Of a stretch of DNA of 64,000 bases, positions 12,501 to 24,648 are shown piece after piece. Below the pieces are notes generated by a model. The model saw only the letters and a program-made list of their open reading frames with translations, searched no databases and was not told the origin of the DNA. The stretch covers positions 573,295 to 637,294 of the forward strand of contig NMRA01000173.1 of the NCBI GenBank assembly GCA_002633005.1, written 5' to 3'. How positions within the stretch are numbered: position 1 is the stretch's first letter; each line of letters begins with the position of its first letter. The DNA comes from Phoronis australis. Taxonomy: Eukaryota > Animalia > Phoronida. Both the position numbers and the translations under genes were made by a program.

Positions 12501-13794
12501 AGCAAACAGATCTCTAATATTCAGTAACTTGGATGTAGACAATTATAATAGCTAAGTTCCACATTAATGGTTAGGTGGTGCTGTGAACACGGATTGCATG
12601 ACTGCCAGTTCAAAAGACGGTGCATCCTAAAACAATGTCCACATTTAGCCTACTTTAAAACATGAATCATACTGCAAAATTGGCTGATCGTGTTTATGTG
12701 AAACTTTTTGGATACTATGCTTTATAAGTAAACAAGGTTGTAAGTTTTGCAAAAATGAATTCAGAAAATGTAACCATTCTCCCATTGACAAAATGGCAGA
12801 AAAAGAAACCAGTTTTCAAACACCAAAATCACCAATATATCTGTGGTGTGTGCTTCATAAAATATTTAGTCTGAACAAATTCACATGAACACCAGTTCAG
12901 GTGAGACGGACCATATTGTATAGAGCCTGCCCCTCTAAATTGCTTCCCAAATGACCTCATGACTGAATGATTTGGATGCTCGACTCTCAACACGCCAGCA
13001 GTATGAATTCGATGCCTGCCAGCGGCATGTTAATATCTCCACAATGGCATGGCAAGAGCAAACAGTGTGCCTTCAGTAGTTTGTACTCCAGGCCCCCATT
13101 TGTGAGACCCGGGTTTGAATCCTAGCTTTATGGCCGACAATCGAGCACTACACAAAAATGTCTCCTAGCTCCTCTGAGTTTGGTCTTATACAAGAGAGTG
13201 TATGAATGAGCAACACTTGGGAATACTTGACTTGGAGTGGGAAGTGTAGAAAAAGGAAAACAACAATTATCGTGGCAGAGGAGAAAACGATGCGCACCTC
13301 CTGGTGACACATCGGCCAGTTTTGAAATTATATCAGATAAATAAGAGATTACACACCATCACATGCTTATGTGTAAATCGGATAATCTCCTAGCAAAACT
13401 ATAAACTGAACTCAATCATAAACTTTGTTACGAAATACTCCAAGGTCAAGGTCGCCCACATTGACCAGCCTCAGGTTCAAACAACGTATTTAATTATTGA
13501 AGTGAAAGGGTATCACATTACTTGTTTGGAATCTCTGACAAGTTATTTTCCAGCCGCCGCTAGGTGCCGCCACTGCCTTTGTCATCACAAGAAAATGCCG
13601 GGTACTGACTACCTACTGACAACTCTGTGGCCGCGATTGGTTGAGCAAAAGCTAACTTACTTGACAGATATATCATAAATGTCGCCTTCTGTAAGTGTTT
13701 TTGGACTGCATTTTCTTACACATTTCCTGACAACGAAATATGAAAGGAAATAAGTTGCAAAACTGCACAACAACAGCAAACCTTGGCTTGCCAT
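6522..13794 (-). CDS. TLCD3: TLC-domain membrane protein, TLCD3/FAM57 family (~270 aa)
   Basis: Exons 13794-13661, 12471-12388, 9800-9596, 7834-7739, 6815-6522; all GT-AG, 813 nt in total. Motifs FVSMMYG, HWL, APYFPYDLWAMY, MSFHH, KGDYFIGCFYFFELAVPF, LYLVNG..FFVCRVAIFPFMYW are typical of FAM57. Confidence 0.9.
6843..7530. repeat. Dispersed repeat containing an expanded ~46-bp minisatellite (about 12 units, 6960-7514)
   Basis: Unit aattagaattaacaggaaagttagtaaggtgcctaagccattcta(t/a). The flank plus a single unit match 41250-41450 in reverse complement. Confidence 0.85.
7752..9484. repeat. Tandem near-identical duplication (7752-8609 vs 8611-9484) joined by a single N; includes a truncated copy of TLCD3 exon 4 (8693-8611)
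   Basis: Direct comparison; N at 8610. The copies differ by scattered SNPs and by the length of an acatgt(g/a) 7-mer array. Confidence 0.9.
11973..12147. repeat. 35-bp minisatellite x 5
   Basis: tatttaagataacaatctggtgtgtcttcaacagc in tandem with no spacers, in TLCD3 intron 2. Confidence 0.95.
13040..13230 (+). mobile_element. Possible degenerate tRNA-derived SINE
   Basis: B-box-like gggtttgaatcc at 13111-13122 preceded by gaccc; A box not convincing. Confidence 0.3.
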
Positions 13795-13925
13795 TTTCCT
13801 AAACATCCGGTTGCTCGCGCAAGTGTTCTCCCATCCGGTTGACCTACTTTAGGTGTCATTGTGAGTCAATTTCAGGCTTTCTCCAGTCGAATTTTGTTTG
13901 TTTCGTAAAGGTTCAGGTAAATATT
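13795..13925. promoter_or_regulatory. Putative bidirectional promoter TLCD3 / SGF29
   Basis: Immediately upstream of the TLCD3 ATG. Duplicated catccggttg at 13804 and 13832. Plus-strand donor ttcag|gtaaat at ~13916 could end a non-coding SGF29 first exon (acceptor at 17492). Confidence 0.45.
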
Positions 13926-14497
13926 AGTATTTGAAAATACTAAATAGCATTTCTAAATTGATTGCTCACGGATTTTGAGAACCACTTTCCTCTTGATAAC
14001 TAATTTTTACAGTCCCGTTAATAATCTGATTATATTCTAAAACTTGGCTCAGCCTCAAGTTCTTGAATTTTTGATTGCCTGCCAACTGCCACTGTCTAAG
14101 AACTGGCAGAAGCCTGTTACAAGCGGCACTAGTTAGATTTAGGCAACACGTAGCCTGTGGCATTACAGGGCGATGTAATTGCCTAATTAGACTCAGCTTT
14201 GCCTGATTCTGAGCACCAGGCAATCATTAAATAGCGGAACCTATAACCGGAGTGGATTATTATGATGGTTCAGGAACTGACTGCAGTAATTCTTCCATTA
14301 AATATATAGTCCGAATACCTATCGTCGTCAGGCTCCAAAGGTCGTCCGCCATCTTCTTTCGCGTGCAGCGCAGCGACGCGGGACTTAGCGGTCCAATTCG
14401 GAGTGCTCGTCTGCACGTTAGGTACTAACCTCTCAGGAGAAACACGCATGGAAGAACTGAGACTAAAATTAATGCATTTACCGACTGTTTTTTTGAG

Positions 14498-14682
14498 ACC
14501 ACTCAAAAACTTGTAGATTTTACTAATGCACTTTTTTGTTCATTTTCAGAAGATACTTTCGAAATTAAATTTTCTTCAGACGGAACAAAAACCTACCCAG
14601 ATATTGTTTATGCAATGTATCTATTTGTCCCAGGCACCAACCGACACCCGTTAGGCCAAAGGAAAAACGCAGCAGACAAATG
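14498..14682. repeat. Dispersed repeat fragment homologous to 35401-35572
   Basis: Shared blocks actaat.cacttttttgt.cattttcagaa, ttcgaaa, caatgtatc...tgtcccagg, agacaaatg in the same orientation. Confidence 0.65.
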
Positions 14683-17551
14683 GAACACGCTGGGTGCTTA
14701 ACAGTTTCGGCCCACGCCTTGGTCATCAAAATATTGTCCACTTATTTTTTATTGCAAAACAAAGTACTGAGCTCAACATTTATGTTGAAATTTTTGGTTA
14801 AAGCATTTTGAATTTATTTGAAGAAAATTAAAATACTTGAATTGATAGAGAATGGCCACCAATAAAGTAAAACATTGACTTTATTTCACTATATTGCATT
14901 GTTACATACAACACAGCATGACATAATCAAAAATAAAAGAAGAGATTGAGCAATAAAATGCAAATACAACTTTATTTATGATTGCAGAAGCCTGTTAAAG
15001 GTGAAAAAAAAATCAAACAATACGATATTGGGTAATTTATTAGAACAATTGTATCGAGGTCCAATGATCAACTTGCACCGACAAAGTCTCAAAGGGTTTC
15101 AGTTCTGCTTTGGCTGACAAGGTGTTAACAGAGAATGAAGAAAAACTGAAAAGAAAAGGAAAGACAGTAGAGATAAGTGGTGTTAAGAACAACAAGAGTA
15201 AAAAGTCAAATAAAGAGGACACAAATAGAAAATAAGTAAGGTCTATCTGGAATAAAGCAATTGCGATTTATTTTCCAGAACTGAAATTCTAAATCAATTT
15301 TAATCGATTTAAAAATCGATATCATACTAGTAAAACAGTTTGTGGTTGTAGTAGAATTGCTGTAAACCACTTTCCACTATTTTCTTGGCCTTTTTCTGTG
15401 TGGTTTTCTGTTCTTTCAAAAGGCGGCAGCATATGACGACCATAGGAGTCATTATAAAATGGCTGCCGAAAAGCAATGCACAGTTCAAACAACTCGGCAT
15501 AAATAAAAGAAAACTTTTGAATCAACTAATACTATTGATTTGTGAGAGTCAAATCAAGTTCTATGCAGAGTATAACTTTGAAGTGGAATAGTTGGGTGAG
15601 TACGACAACAAGCCGGTTTTATGCTTAGGCGGACGACCATTGGGTTCCCGAGTATATACGTCTTTCGATTCCCCTCTGTCATTCATCTTCCTCCTGGTGA
15701 CCGCAGATATCAAGTTTGACTTTGCATTTTCTTGACGCCTGGACTCAAATATAAAGGTACCCAATACAGTCGATCAGCTTCCACAATTTTCTTAATTATG
15801 TGTACGATCTCACTGACTTCTGTTGTTGGAATGTGATGTCTTTCAGCATGTAGGCTTGTTACAATAGATTTGTGCGCATCCATCAACTTGGTGAAGCGCC
15901 TGTCACTAGAGACTTAAGCTGGTGTGCATTAACAGTGATGAGTGGAGGAAAGGGAGATCATCTCTTTTAGTACAGAGATCTTAAGTTTTCATGGTACACA
16001 TCAAATACCAATCATAGAGGTTGCTGCGAACAGTTTGTTGAATGAAATGGACAAGGAAATGGCAGGTGGTGATCAATGTTAGTATTTGAGTCATGAAAGC
16101 AAGAGAACATTACAGTGCAAAGTATCTTTTTATTTGAGCCGAGATATCAAGAGAAAATTACGTTTTCAAAATTTGCCAGATTACAAGACCTAGCGAAGAA
16201 ACACAAGAATTTCCATGTGTCAAAGTACTCTATTATAACTTCTAAAGTTAAACTTTTACATTGTGGATGATTGTGAGAAACAGATGTGATCAAAAACACC
16301 TGGTTAGGTTTGAAGCATTCACATCTAGGTGTTTAACAAAGCCAAGTCAAAGTAACAGTAAGTTGTAACAAGAAGCTCATGAAAATAAAGTTTATAGAGC
16401 AGCTGGACACCACAGTCTACCAAAAGTGAAAAGCATTAACAGGATTTAAAAGGAATAGCATGAGAAATCCCAAGGCATGTAGAAGACACATCATTTGTCT
16501 AAAAATGCTGAATATAAAAACAGCAGGTGTAGATTGAGTATCATTAGTAGGAACAAAGCAAAAGAAGCCACAAGTCAAGTTGAACAAAAGCAGGGTCTGG
16601 TCAATTTTAGTGGACAATATGGAAAGCCTGTGTGTTATAAGCTAAAGTGTATAATTTAGAATTTATTTAAATTCACATTCAAAAATGCATTACTGGGGAT
16701 ATGATGCTGTTGGCATACAATTTGCAGATAAAAAGTAGTAAAAACCATGAACAGTTATGATGAATTTTATGGTACTGAGCTCTTCGAGAAGACAGTGCAC
16801 AGAGGATTTGATGACATTTTAATTCCACAACAAGTTCAAGGTTAAATGTTCCTTTTTGTCCATAGTGGGATAATTTAGCAGTAAGGATCTCACAGCAGGG
16901 TCAAGGACTATTTTCAATGGAAAGTGTCTGCACAAACACTAAAAGTAGCCTGTCCTGAACACCATCGGAGTGTGTTCATCACTGGTAGTGGAATTGTAGA
17001 TTTCTTTACACCAACATATGTGAAGTTTTTTTCATACTATTTACTCACCATTCTGTATTTTGAAGTCAATCCACTGCCTGACATCTTGGTATTGGGTTTT
17101 TTCTACCATTTATTTTTCTAGTACAATATCACGAATTAACATAAATCATAAGTACATAAATCATATTCATACACCACATACCTGGTGCAGGTGCCCCTGA
17201 CTAGTTATTTAGTACATGTATGAGTGAATGAAAAACTTGTCAGTGAAGCAAGCTCCCATTGTGTCCAAAGGTCTTGTAGTTCTACCTATCTGGAATTTCT
17301 GTGTTTTAGAATATATTTTCATTTTCATGTAATAATTAGTAAAAATATTTCTTGTACTGTAAATATAATATCTTGTATATAATAAAGCCAATTGAGGACC
17401 TTGTTTTCTGAAGAAATACACTGATAATTGTATAGTTTGAAGTCAGTCCGCTACCCGACATCTTTGTTTCATTGTGGTTTGCTTTATTTCAGATGTGACT
17501 TCATCGCAGCAGTCTGAAAGTGATTCTGTTGTTTAATGCAGTTCTGTTGCC

Positions 17552-20500
17552 ATGGCAAGCCACAGTGAATCGGGAAATGTTGCAATAGATATCAAACTGA
17601 AAGAACTGCTTAATGAGTTATACCATCTGACTCATGAAGTTCAGGTAAGACAGTATAAGTGTGACATACTTGATCAGTTGTCCTTCCTTTGATCCATTGC
17701 ACTGTGTCATATTAACTGTTACTTCTGCTGTAATCGACTGAATCTGAAAACTGACTTGGCAGTGAATACAGTTGCCAACACAACCTTTTTGTGCATCCTA
17801 ATAGTGCATAAAATTGCCATGTTATTGATGGTAGGTCTTGAATTTGGATTGACAAACATTTCATGTTTCTAAAATTTGGTAGCACAAGCTCTGACTTTGA
17901 ACAAAGTAATTAATTCGCAAACTGGAAATTTTTTCCTCGTAGTAAGATTGTTGGATGCAACGGACTGCTTAGTAACAAAAATTGATGATTAAAATATTGA
18001 AGAAAATACACTTAATTTGTAAAATAGTATAATTTTAATTTAGATATTAAAGTTAAAATAAATTATAGTGACAATTTCACATTTCCATCCGAGTAGACCT
18101 AAGTTATGATTCGGATTTTGTGTTTCAGGAAGAGCGAGTTCGCTCAGAGCATAACCTGAACAACATTACAAAAACACATGAGCGCATGCAACAAGAACAG
18201 AAAAGTAAGTTTAACATAGTTACCATATTGTCTTAATGACCTTATGTTTAGTACCATGCCTGTGACACTCTGTTAAAGTTACTGTTCACATTTTTAATCC
18301 ACTTTATGTCATAAGACTCCTAAGCCTCTATTAATTCATTGACTTGTTTTGTGTAAATCATTTTGTGTAAATCATTTCACATTTTTCATAGATTAGCCAT
18401 AGTCCAGTAAATGTAAGAAACCTTTCTGAAATTTGATACGTGGACAGCTGTCATAATGAGCTACCGTGAAATTGTTTTAAATCAACTAAAAGGATTGCAC
18501 AGCCATATAAGAATACTATGAACCTGATTAATAAACTACTACTTTGACAGAGATGGTGTTACGATCTGGAAATCTTCTTAACTTGTTTTTGTTTACGTTA
18601 TTTTAATTTGTTAATTTCAGTTTCCTCCTATTACAAACAGAAACTGAAAAACCTTTATAATGTGGCTATGCATGATGCTGAAAATGAGGCAAAGTAAGTA
18701 ATTTAAATTTCTAGATGTAATGATTGTGTTTGCTTTTTATCTTGCTGTTTCTTTATGCTATCCACAAGAAAACAGCATTAAACTTGTTAGCTTTAAATGA
18801 ATGCTTTTGTACGACAGTAAAGAATTGTGGAATGGGTCATATCATTCAGTTGAAGTCCTTTCTTTGCAAGTTTCATTGATGACTTATAAGTTTGATTTTT
18901 GAAAATTCTGAATATTGTTTTTCACGCCATTGTCGTAAACTATTGAGTCATGATAGCTGAGGGCTGTTTTAGCAAAATCTGTGTGGGAGGGGGGGGGAAG
19001 GCAACTGAAATAAAAATTTACGGGTGGTTGCATTTGACTTAAATTCAAAATGGCTGGTGGTCGTACTTCAAAAAAATTAAAATTTACAGGTCGTTGTTGT
19101 TTCATTGGGCCATAAATGTTTGATGGTGGGTAATTTTAGTAAATTTTATAAACAATCTGCACAGAATCAAAAACTGAAATAAAAATGCAACTTGCAAAGA
19201 GCTCCAACTTTATCACTCCCTCCGATCTCCTCATCGGCATGCCCATAACACCATTTAACCACAGGTGCTCGAATTTCTCGATGGCTAATAACCATATATA
19301 AGAAACATATGTTTTCTTAGTAATGAATGACGTTAGTGGTGATGGAGGAACAGATAAACTCAAGCGCCTGTGCAGTCAACCACAAGAACAAAAAAAAATT
19401 ACGGGTGGTTGCATTCCAAACTTATAAAAAATTACGGGTGGTAGGCTGAAAAAATAAATGAAAAATATGGGTGGTGGGTGCGAAAAAAAGGTGCCTTCCC
19501 CCCCTCCCATACAGATTTTACTGGAACAGCCCTGAGAAATAATTCACATGTTTATTTCATTTTAGATTGTTAAGAAAAGCACTCGACAAAATAGCTGAGA
19601 TCAAGACATACAGAAACCGTGGCAGTAAGTGACTGAGTTTGGTGCATTGTCATACATTACCAGTCTTTCCAAGGATCATGATAGAAAACAACTACTTATC
19701 TTTAGAGTTTAAACTAAGCATTATGTAGTCACCATAATATGTCATCAACAATGTTAATGTACCAATGTCAGGGGCTGCATACTGAAGATGAAGTCTGTCT
19801 GTCTCAGTAAAGTGAGCCTCTTACTATACCAATCATACCTTACTTTGAGAGTTAGTCTTGCAATACCATGCTTGATGTGTTCTAAGGTCAAGGTTTAGCT
19901 GAGGTCAAGGTTAAACCAAGGTCACATTTTAAGAATTAAGAGCTGTTGTATTTGCATGAGAGAGCAGTAACTGCTCTGATAGTGACAGTTGTCTCAATCA
20001 TATTAAACTGGATCTTTAGTAATATTAGTTGGCAATGCATAGTTGCATAGTTGCAAGGTATCTTACCTAATATTTTAGGTGACAGGCCCAAACAAATCAT
20101 GCGGCGTGGTGTCCTCATGTCAATGTTACAGCAAAATGCTCTAACATTACCACTGTGGATTGGGAAACCAAACGAAAGGTGAACTTTTGACCTAAATTAC
20201 TTTTAGCAGATAAGTTTGACTTCAAAAAGTTGTGTTCAACGCTAAGTGTTTGTGATTAGCATAGATTTATAACATTTGTGTATTACAGTAACCCTTTGTT
20301 ATAAGCCAACCCCAGATATAAGCCCACCTCCACTTTTAGGTAATCCTCGTGTATAAGACCCCACTCTGGTATAAGACAATCCCCTCATATCTTTCCGTCT
20401 CTGTCAAATTCTTTAATGATTTTAGGCCTCCTCCATTGTGTGGTGCTATTCCTGCCGAGTCGACCTACATAGCTAAGAAGGGTGACAAGGTCGCGGCACG

Positions 20501-23500
20501 TGTGAAAGGTGAAGAGGGCGAAGAGAACTGGATACTAGCCGAGGTGGTGTTGTTTAATCATGCTACAAACAAGTATGACGTGGACGATGTGGATGCAGAG
20601 GAGGGGAAGGAGTGAGTATTACCTCTGATATTGCTAGTGTTACTAATACTTAACTACTGCTACCATCATCACTACTCGAACTACCATCGTCACTACTCAT
20701 ACTACCACCATCACTACACGCACTACCACCGTCACTACTCGAACTACCACCATCACTACTCGGACTACCATCGTCACTACTCGCACTACCACCATCACTA
20801 CACGCACTACCACCGTCACTACTCGGACTACCACCATCACTACACGCACTACCACCGTCACTACTCGAACTACCACCATCACTACTCGGACTACCACCGT
20901 CACTACTCGCACTACCACCATCACTACCCGCACTACCACCGTCACTACTCGGACTACCACCATCACTACACGCACTACCACCGTCACTACTCGAACTACC
21001 ACCATCACTACTCGGACTACCACCGTCACTACTCGGACTACCATTGTCACTATTCGTACTACCACCGTCGCTTCACGGACTACCATCGTCACTACTCGGA
21101 CTACCACCGTCGCTACTCACACTACCATCGTCACTACTTGTACTACCACCATCACTACTTGGACTACCATTGTCACTACTCGTACTACCACCGTCGCTAC
21201 ATGTACTACCACCGTCACTACTCGGACTACCATCGTCACTACTAGTACTACCATCGTCACTACTAGTATCATGACTACCACTACTGTCACTTCCACTAGT
21301 ACTACTGCTTCTTCTTCACCTACCTCTACTATTTATGCTATTCTACTGTTACTGCTACCACAACTAGTAACACTGCTATTACTACTACTAATATTAACAC
21401 CACTACATTACTACCACCACCACCACCACTACTAATCACCACCACCAACAACAACACCACTACCATTACCACTACTAGTAATACTACCAGTTCTACTTCC
21501 ACCACAAACAGCCATCATCATCATCATTACTGTTTCAGGTTTAAGCCACAATTTAGCAGACAAGTGAAATTTCTTTTTGTCAAAATTCTCAACGATAAAA
21601 ACATTTTTGCTTTGTTTGCTATGGTCATTAAGAAAGACAGGTGGTAAAATTTCAAGCATTTGTAGTGATGTACTTATCTTCTCTAGAATAGAAAATGATT
21701 TTTTAAGTATTATATTCATTCCAAATTGAAGAATTTTTACTTAGTTAAATTTGCCCATATGACCTTTGTAATAAAAATCAACGGGGGGTAAATGGAAGTG
21801 ATACCGCATACAGAAACATATTTGGGCATATGAAACATTGTGCCTTTAGGCAGACTGAGTTTTTCATTTTGTCACTTGGTCGACCTTGACATTGAAAACA
21901 TTAGCGGCATCTATACATTAGATTAAAATGTGGCATAAAAACGTGTACCTAAAATACTTGAAAATGCTATTAAATCTGCCTTCTGTCAAAACAACTAACT
22001 TATCTGTTATACCACTTTAAGTTACAAAATGGATCACAAATTTTTCCTTTTTCATATTAGCCCTCATTTCTGGTCTTGGAAACGGCTGATCATTCGTTGT
22101 TACTTGAGACTATCTTCCACAAGCTTGTTCCTTACGGCTGCTTACTTTAATATGAACTGGGCAGTAGTGACTTAGCTTTTTCAATGGCCTTGTGGGTAAG
22201 GAACAAGTTGAGACCATTTTTGTACTCTGTGGTAACTTTATCTAAATCAAGAGCTTGTAGTTGTAAAGAATAACTGCATAACTACATCATGGATAGAAGG
22301 AATGTGAATCATATCTAATGGAAAATGTATTTCTATTCAACCACTAAGTTGCATGTTTATAATTGTGGTTAAAACTGGATTTGAATAGAATTATCGTGAC
22401 ACTCGGATTCTTTGCAATCATAACACATAACATAACAACTGCACTGTCAACTGCCTTTATCAATGATATTGTGCCACTTTTTAAAAAAAACGCCAAGATT
22501 TGACTTAATGTCAACACAATGGGAGACTTTCAGGAAGCTATGAGGGCTGATCACGTGGGACCAGTGACTCATGCTGCCACCTAGCTGTACCAGGAGGTAC
22601 TTTGTCTTCGTAGCGCTTGGTATAAAAAACCCTTTTAGAGTGTATGTGATTAGATGTGATGTGTTCTAAACACAAGTTATAAAGTGCCTCCTCATCCCCT
22701 ATAGGTCACTGGTATCCGGTCCCATGTGACCAGTCACCACATTGTTATGTGAAAGTCTCTCATTCAACACTTCACAGTCTTCACACATAGTAGAACAAGG
22801 AGTTATTTCATATTTTATTAATTAGAGTGCTGTTTCACTTTCAGACGCCATATGCTGAGTAAACGACGAGTCGTGCCATTGCCGGTGTGGAAGGCCAACC
22901 CTGAGACTGACCCCGAGGCATTGTTTGACAAGGATGATGTACGTGCTGTTACTGATTTGTTGTCTGTCTGTGCTTATTAAAAGTTCAATATTCTTCTGGC
23001 AGCTCCATCTTTCACTCGGTCTTTGAAATGGCTTATTCCATCTACAGTGGTTTAGATTCATTGAATGACGAGCTGTTGTTTTCCAATTCAATTAGTTCAG
23101 TTTTTAAACCATCAGTTATCTTTCGGTACTTTCCAAGCTCAAAAAACATTTCTTATCCGAGTGAGGTGGAAGTTGAAACCAATATAAAAATCTCTGTTGT
23201 GAGTTCCACTGATACTTTATCATGAGACACTGTGGCCTGGTGGTGGTTTGTGTGCCCAGGTAATGTATGCTGGATACTCTAGTGGACTTGAAACTCAAGG
23301 TTGCAACAATGTTGTCTCCTAATTCTAACATTTGCTAAGTTGCTTCAGTGTGCATCTTGTTTTTCTGTTCAGATTGATCCCTATTGTTTGTCAAGTGAGA
23401 ACAGCCTGTATGTGTAAACAGCCTGGATGTGTAATCTCCTTGTTAACTGGCTTCACATGAAGTGAAATTGTTTAACATGGGCTTGAGTAACAACAGCAAT

Positions 23501-24648
23501 AACAACAATGCATTTTGACAATGAACCCTTTTATTATCACATGGCTACTGTTGTCAACTTATTGGTTCTTATCTATTTGTAGTTGGTGCTAGCTCTGTAT
23601 CCGCAGACGACATGTTTCTACAGAGCACTTATACACGAGTCTCCACGACGGGTATGTATACTGGTGTAACTAATACTTCATCTTGTTTTTGAGAACTACT
23701 TTGTTTAGCCACATGCAAAATTATCAGTTTTTAATTGAAAAAACGTCAACTTTTGTTCACCTAATCTGGCTGCAGAGGGAGTTGATGTGTAAATTTAAGG
23801 ATTTCTAACTTGCAATGTTCGATAACCTGTATAAAGATTTGAATACCAAAACAAATTTTTTTTTAAAGATGGTGCTTTATGCAGGTATAGCATCCATTGT
23901 GATTTACATGATAGTATGCTGTATAAAGCCAGTAATACCCCCTTGATGCAAAAGTCGGTCTTTGTGTTTTTTTCTCAAAACTCCAATATTGAGATGTCAA
24001 CAATTTCCGTTTGTCAAAGTCCAAGGGAAAAATGATGTTTTAAATTTTTATTTCCTTTCAAACAATATATTGGCCATAAAGACTGGAGACTCAGGGTGTT
24101 GTTTTTGAAAGGTAATTTAATGACTGACATCTCCTTAGTTTGAGAGTTAATAAAAATCTGAGGCATGGTTCTCTGCGTATTTAGAGTATGAATTATACAT
24201 TCTTCAAACACAAACTCGCATGCAATGTACTTTTTTTAAATTTCTATAAAAATGACTCTTCTCAAAATGCAGGTCACATGATTATGAACAATTACGCAGT
24301 GTTTTATAGCATGAATAGAGAGAGAATTCTTAAGATACATTGTTTTGTGGTTTGAAAATGCGCACAATAAAAAGTCAATAATAAGACTTAAATTGCTTGC
24401 AGCAGTGTATGTGCATCTCAGTATTCTCTGTTCCTAAGGAATCTTGAGTAACAAAGTTATATAATGCTGGTCCTAAGAAATCTTGAGTTACAACGTCTGT
24501 TCAGTATATTTGTACTTTTATTTCTCAACAGTCCCAAGATGAATACTCAGTTCTGTTTGAAGATGTATCATATCCTGATGGGTATTCTCCACCACTAACT
24601 ATTGCACAGAGGTATGTGATCATTTGTAAGGATGACAAGAAGAAATGA
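17552..24648 (+). CDS. SGF29: SAGA complex-associated factor 29 (tandem Tudor, H3K4me reader), ~288 aa
   Basis: Exons 17552-17644, 18129-18204, 18621-18693, 19566-19624, 20079-20178, 20426-20611, 22845-22938, 23583-23651, 24532-24648 (867 nt, GT-AG). Motifs EERVRSEHNL, MRRGVLM, LPLWIGKP, PPLCGAIPA, WILAEVV, VLALYPQTTCFYRA, YSVLFED..YPDGYSPPL.IAQRYV. Confidence 0.97.
18961..19532. mobile_element. Tourist/PIF-Harbinger-like MITE, 572 bp
   Basis: ~40-bp TIRs gggctgttttagcaaaatctgtgtgggagggggg / cccctcccatacagattttactggaacagccc; 3-bp TSD TGA at 18958-18960 and 19533-19535; internal repeats ttacgggtggt. Confidence 0.75.
20660..21530. repeat. 21-bp minisatellite (cactactcggactaccaccgt-like, to ~21265) decaying into ACT/ACC/ATC trinucleotide runs
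   Basis: Inside SGF29 coding intron 6. Generates the spurious His/Tyr, Val and Leu/Pro ORFs in the track. Confidence 0.92.

Noticed and set aside
20631-21274. Histidine-rich protein gene
   Set aside because: ORFs arise from an intronic 21-bp repeat, start at non-ATG codons on the plus strand, and are not spliced into SGF29.
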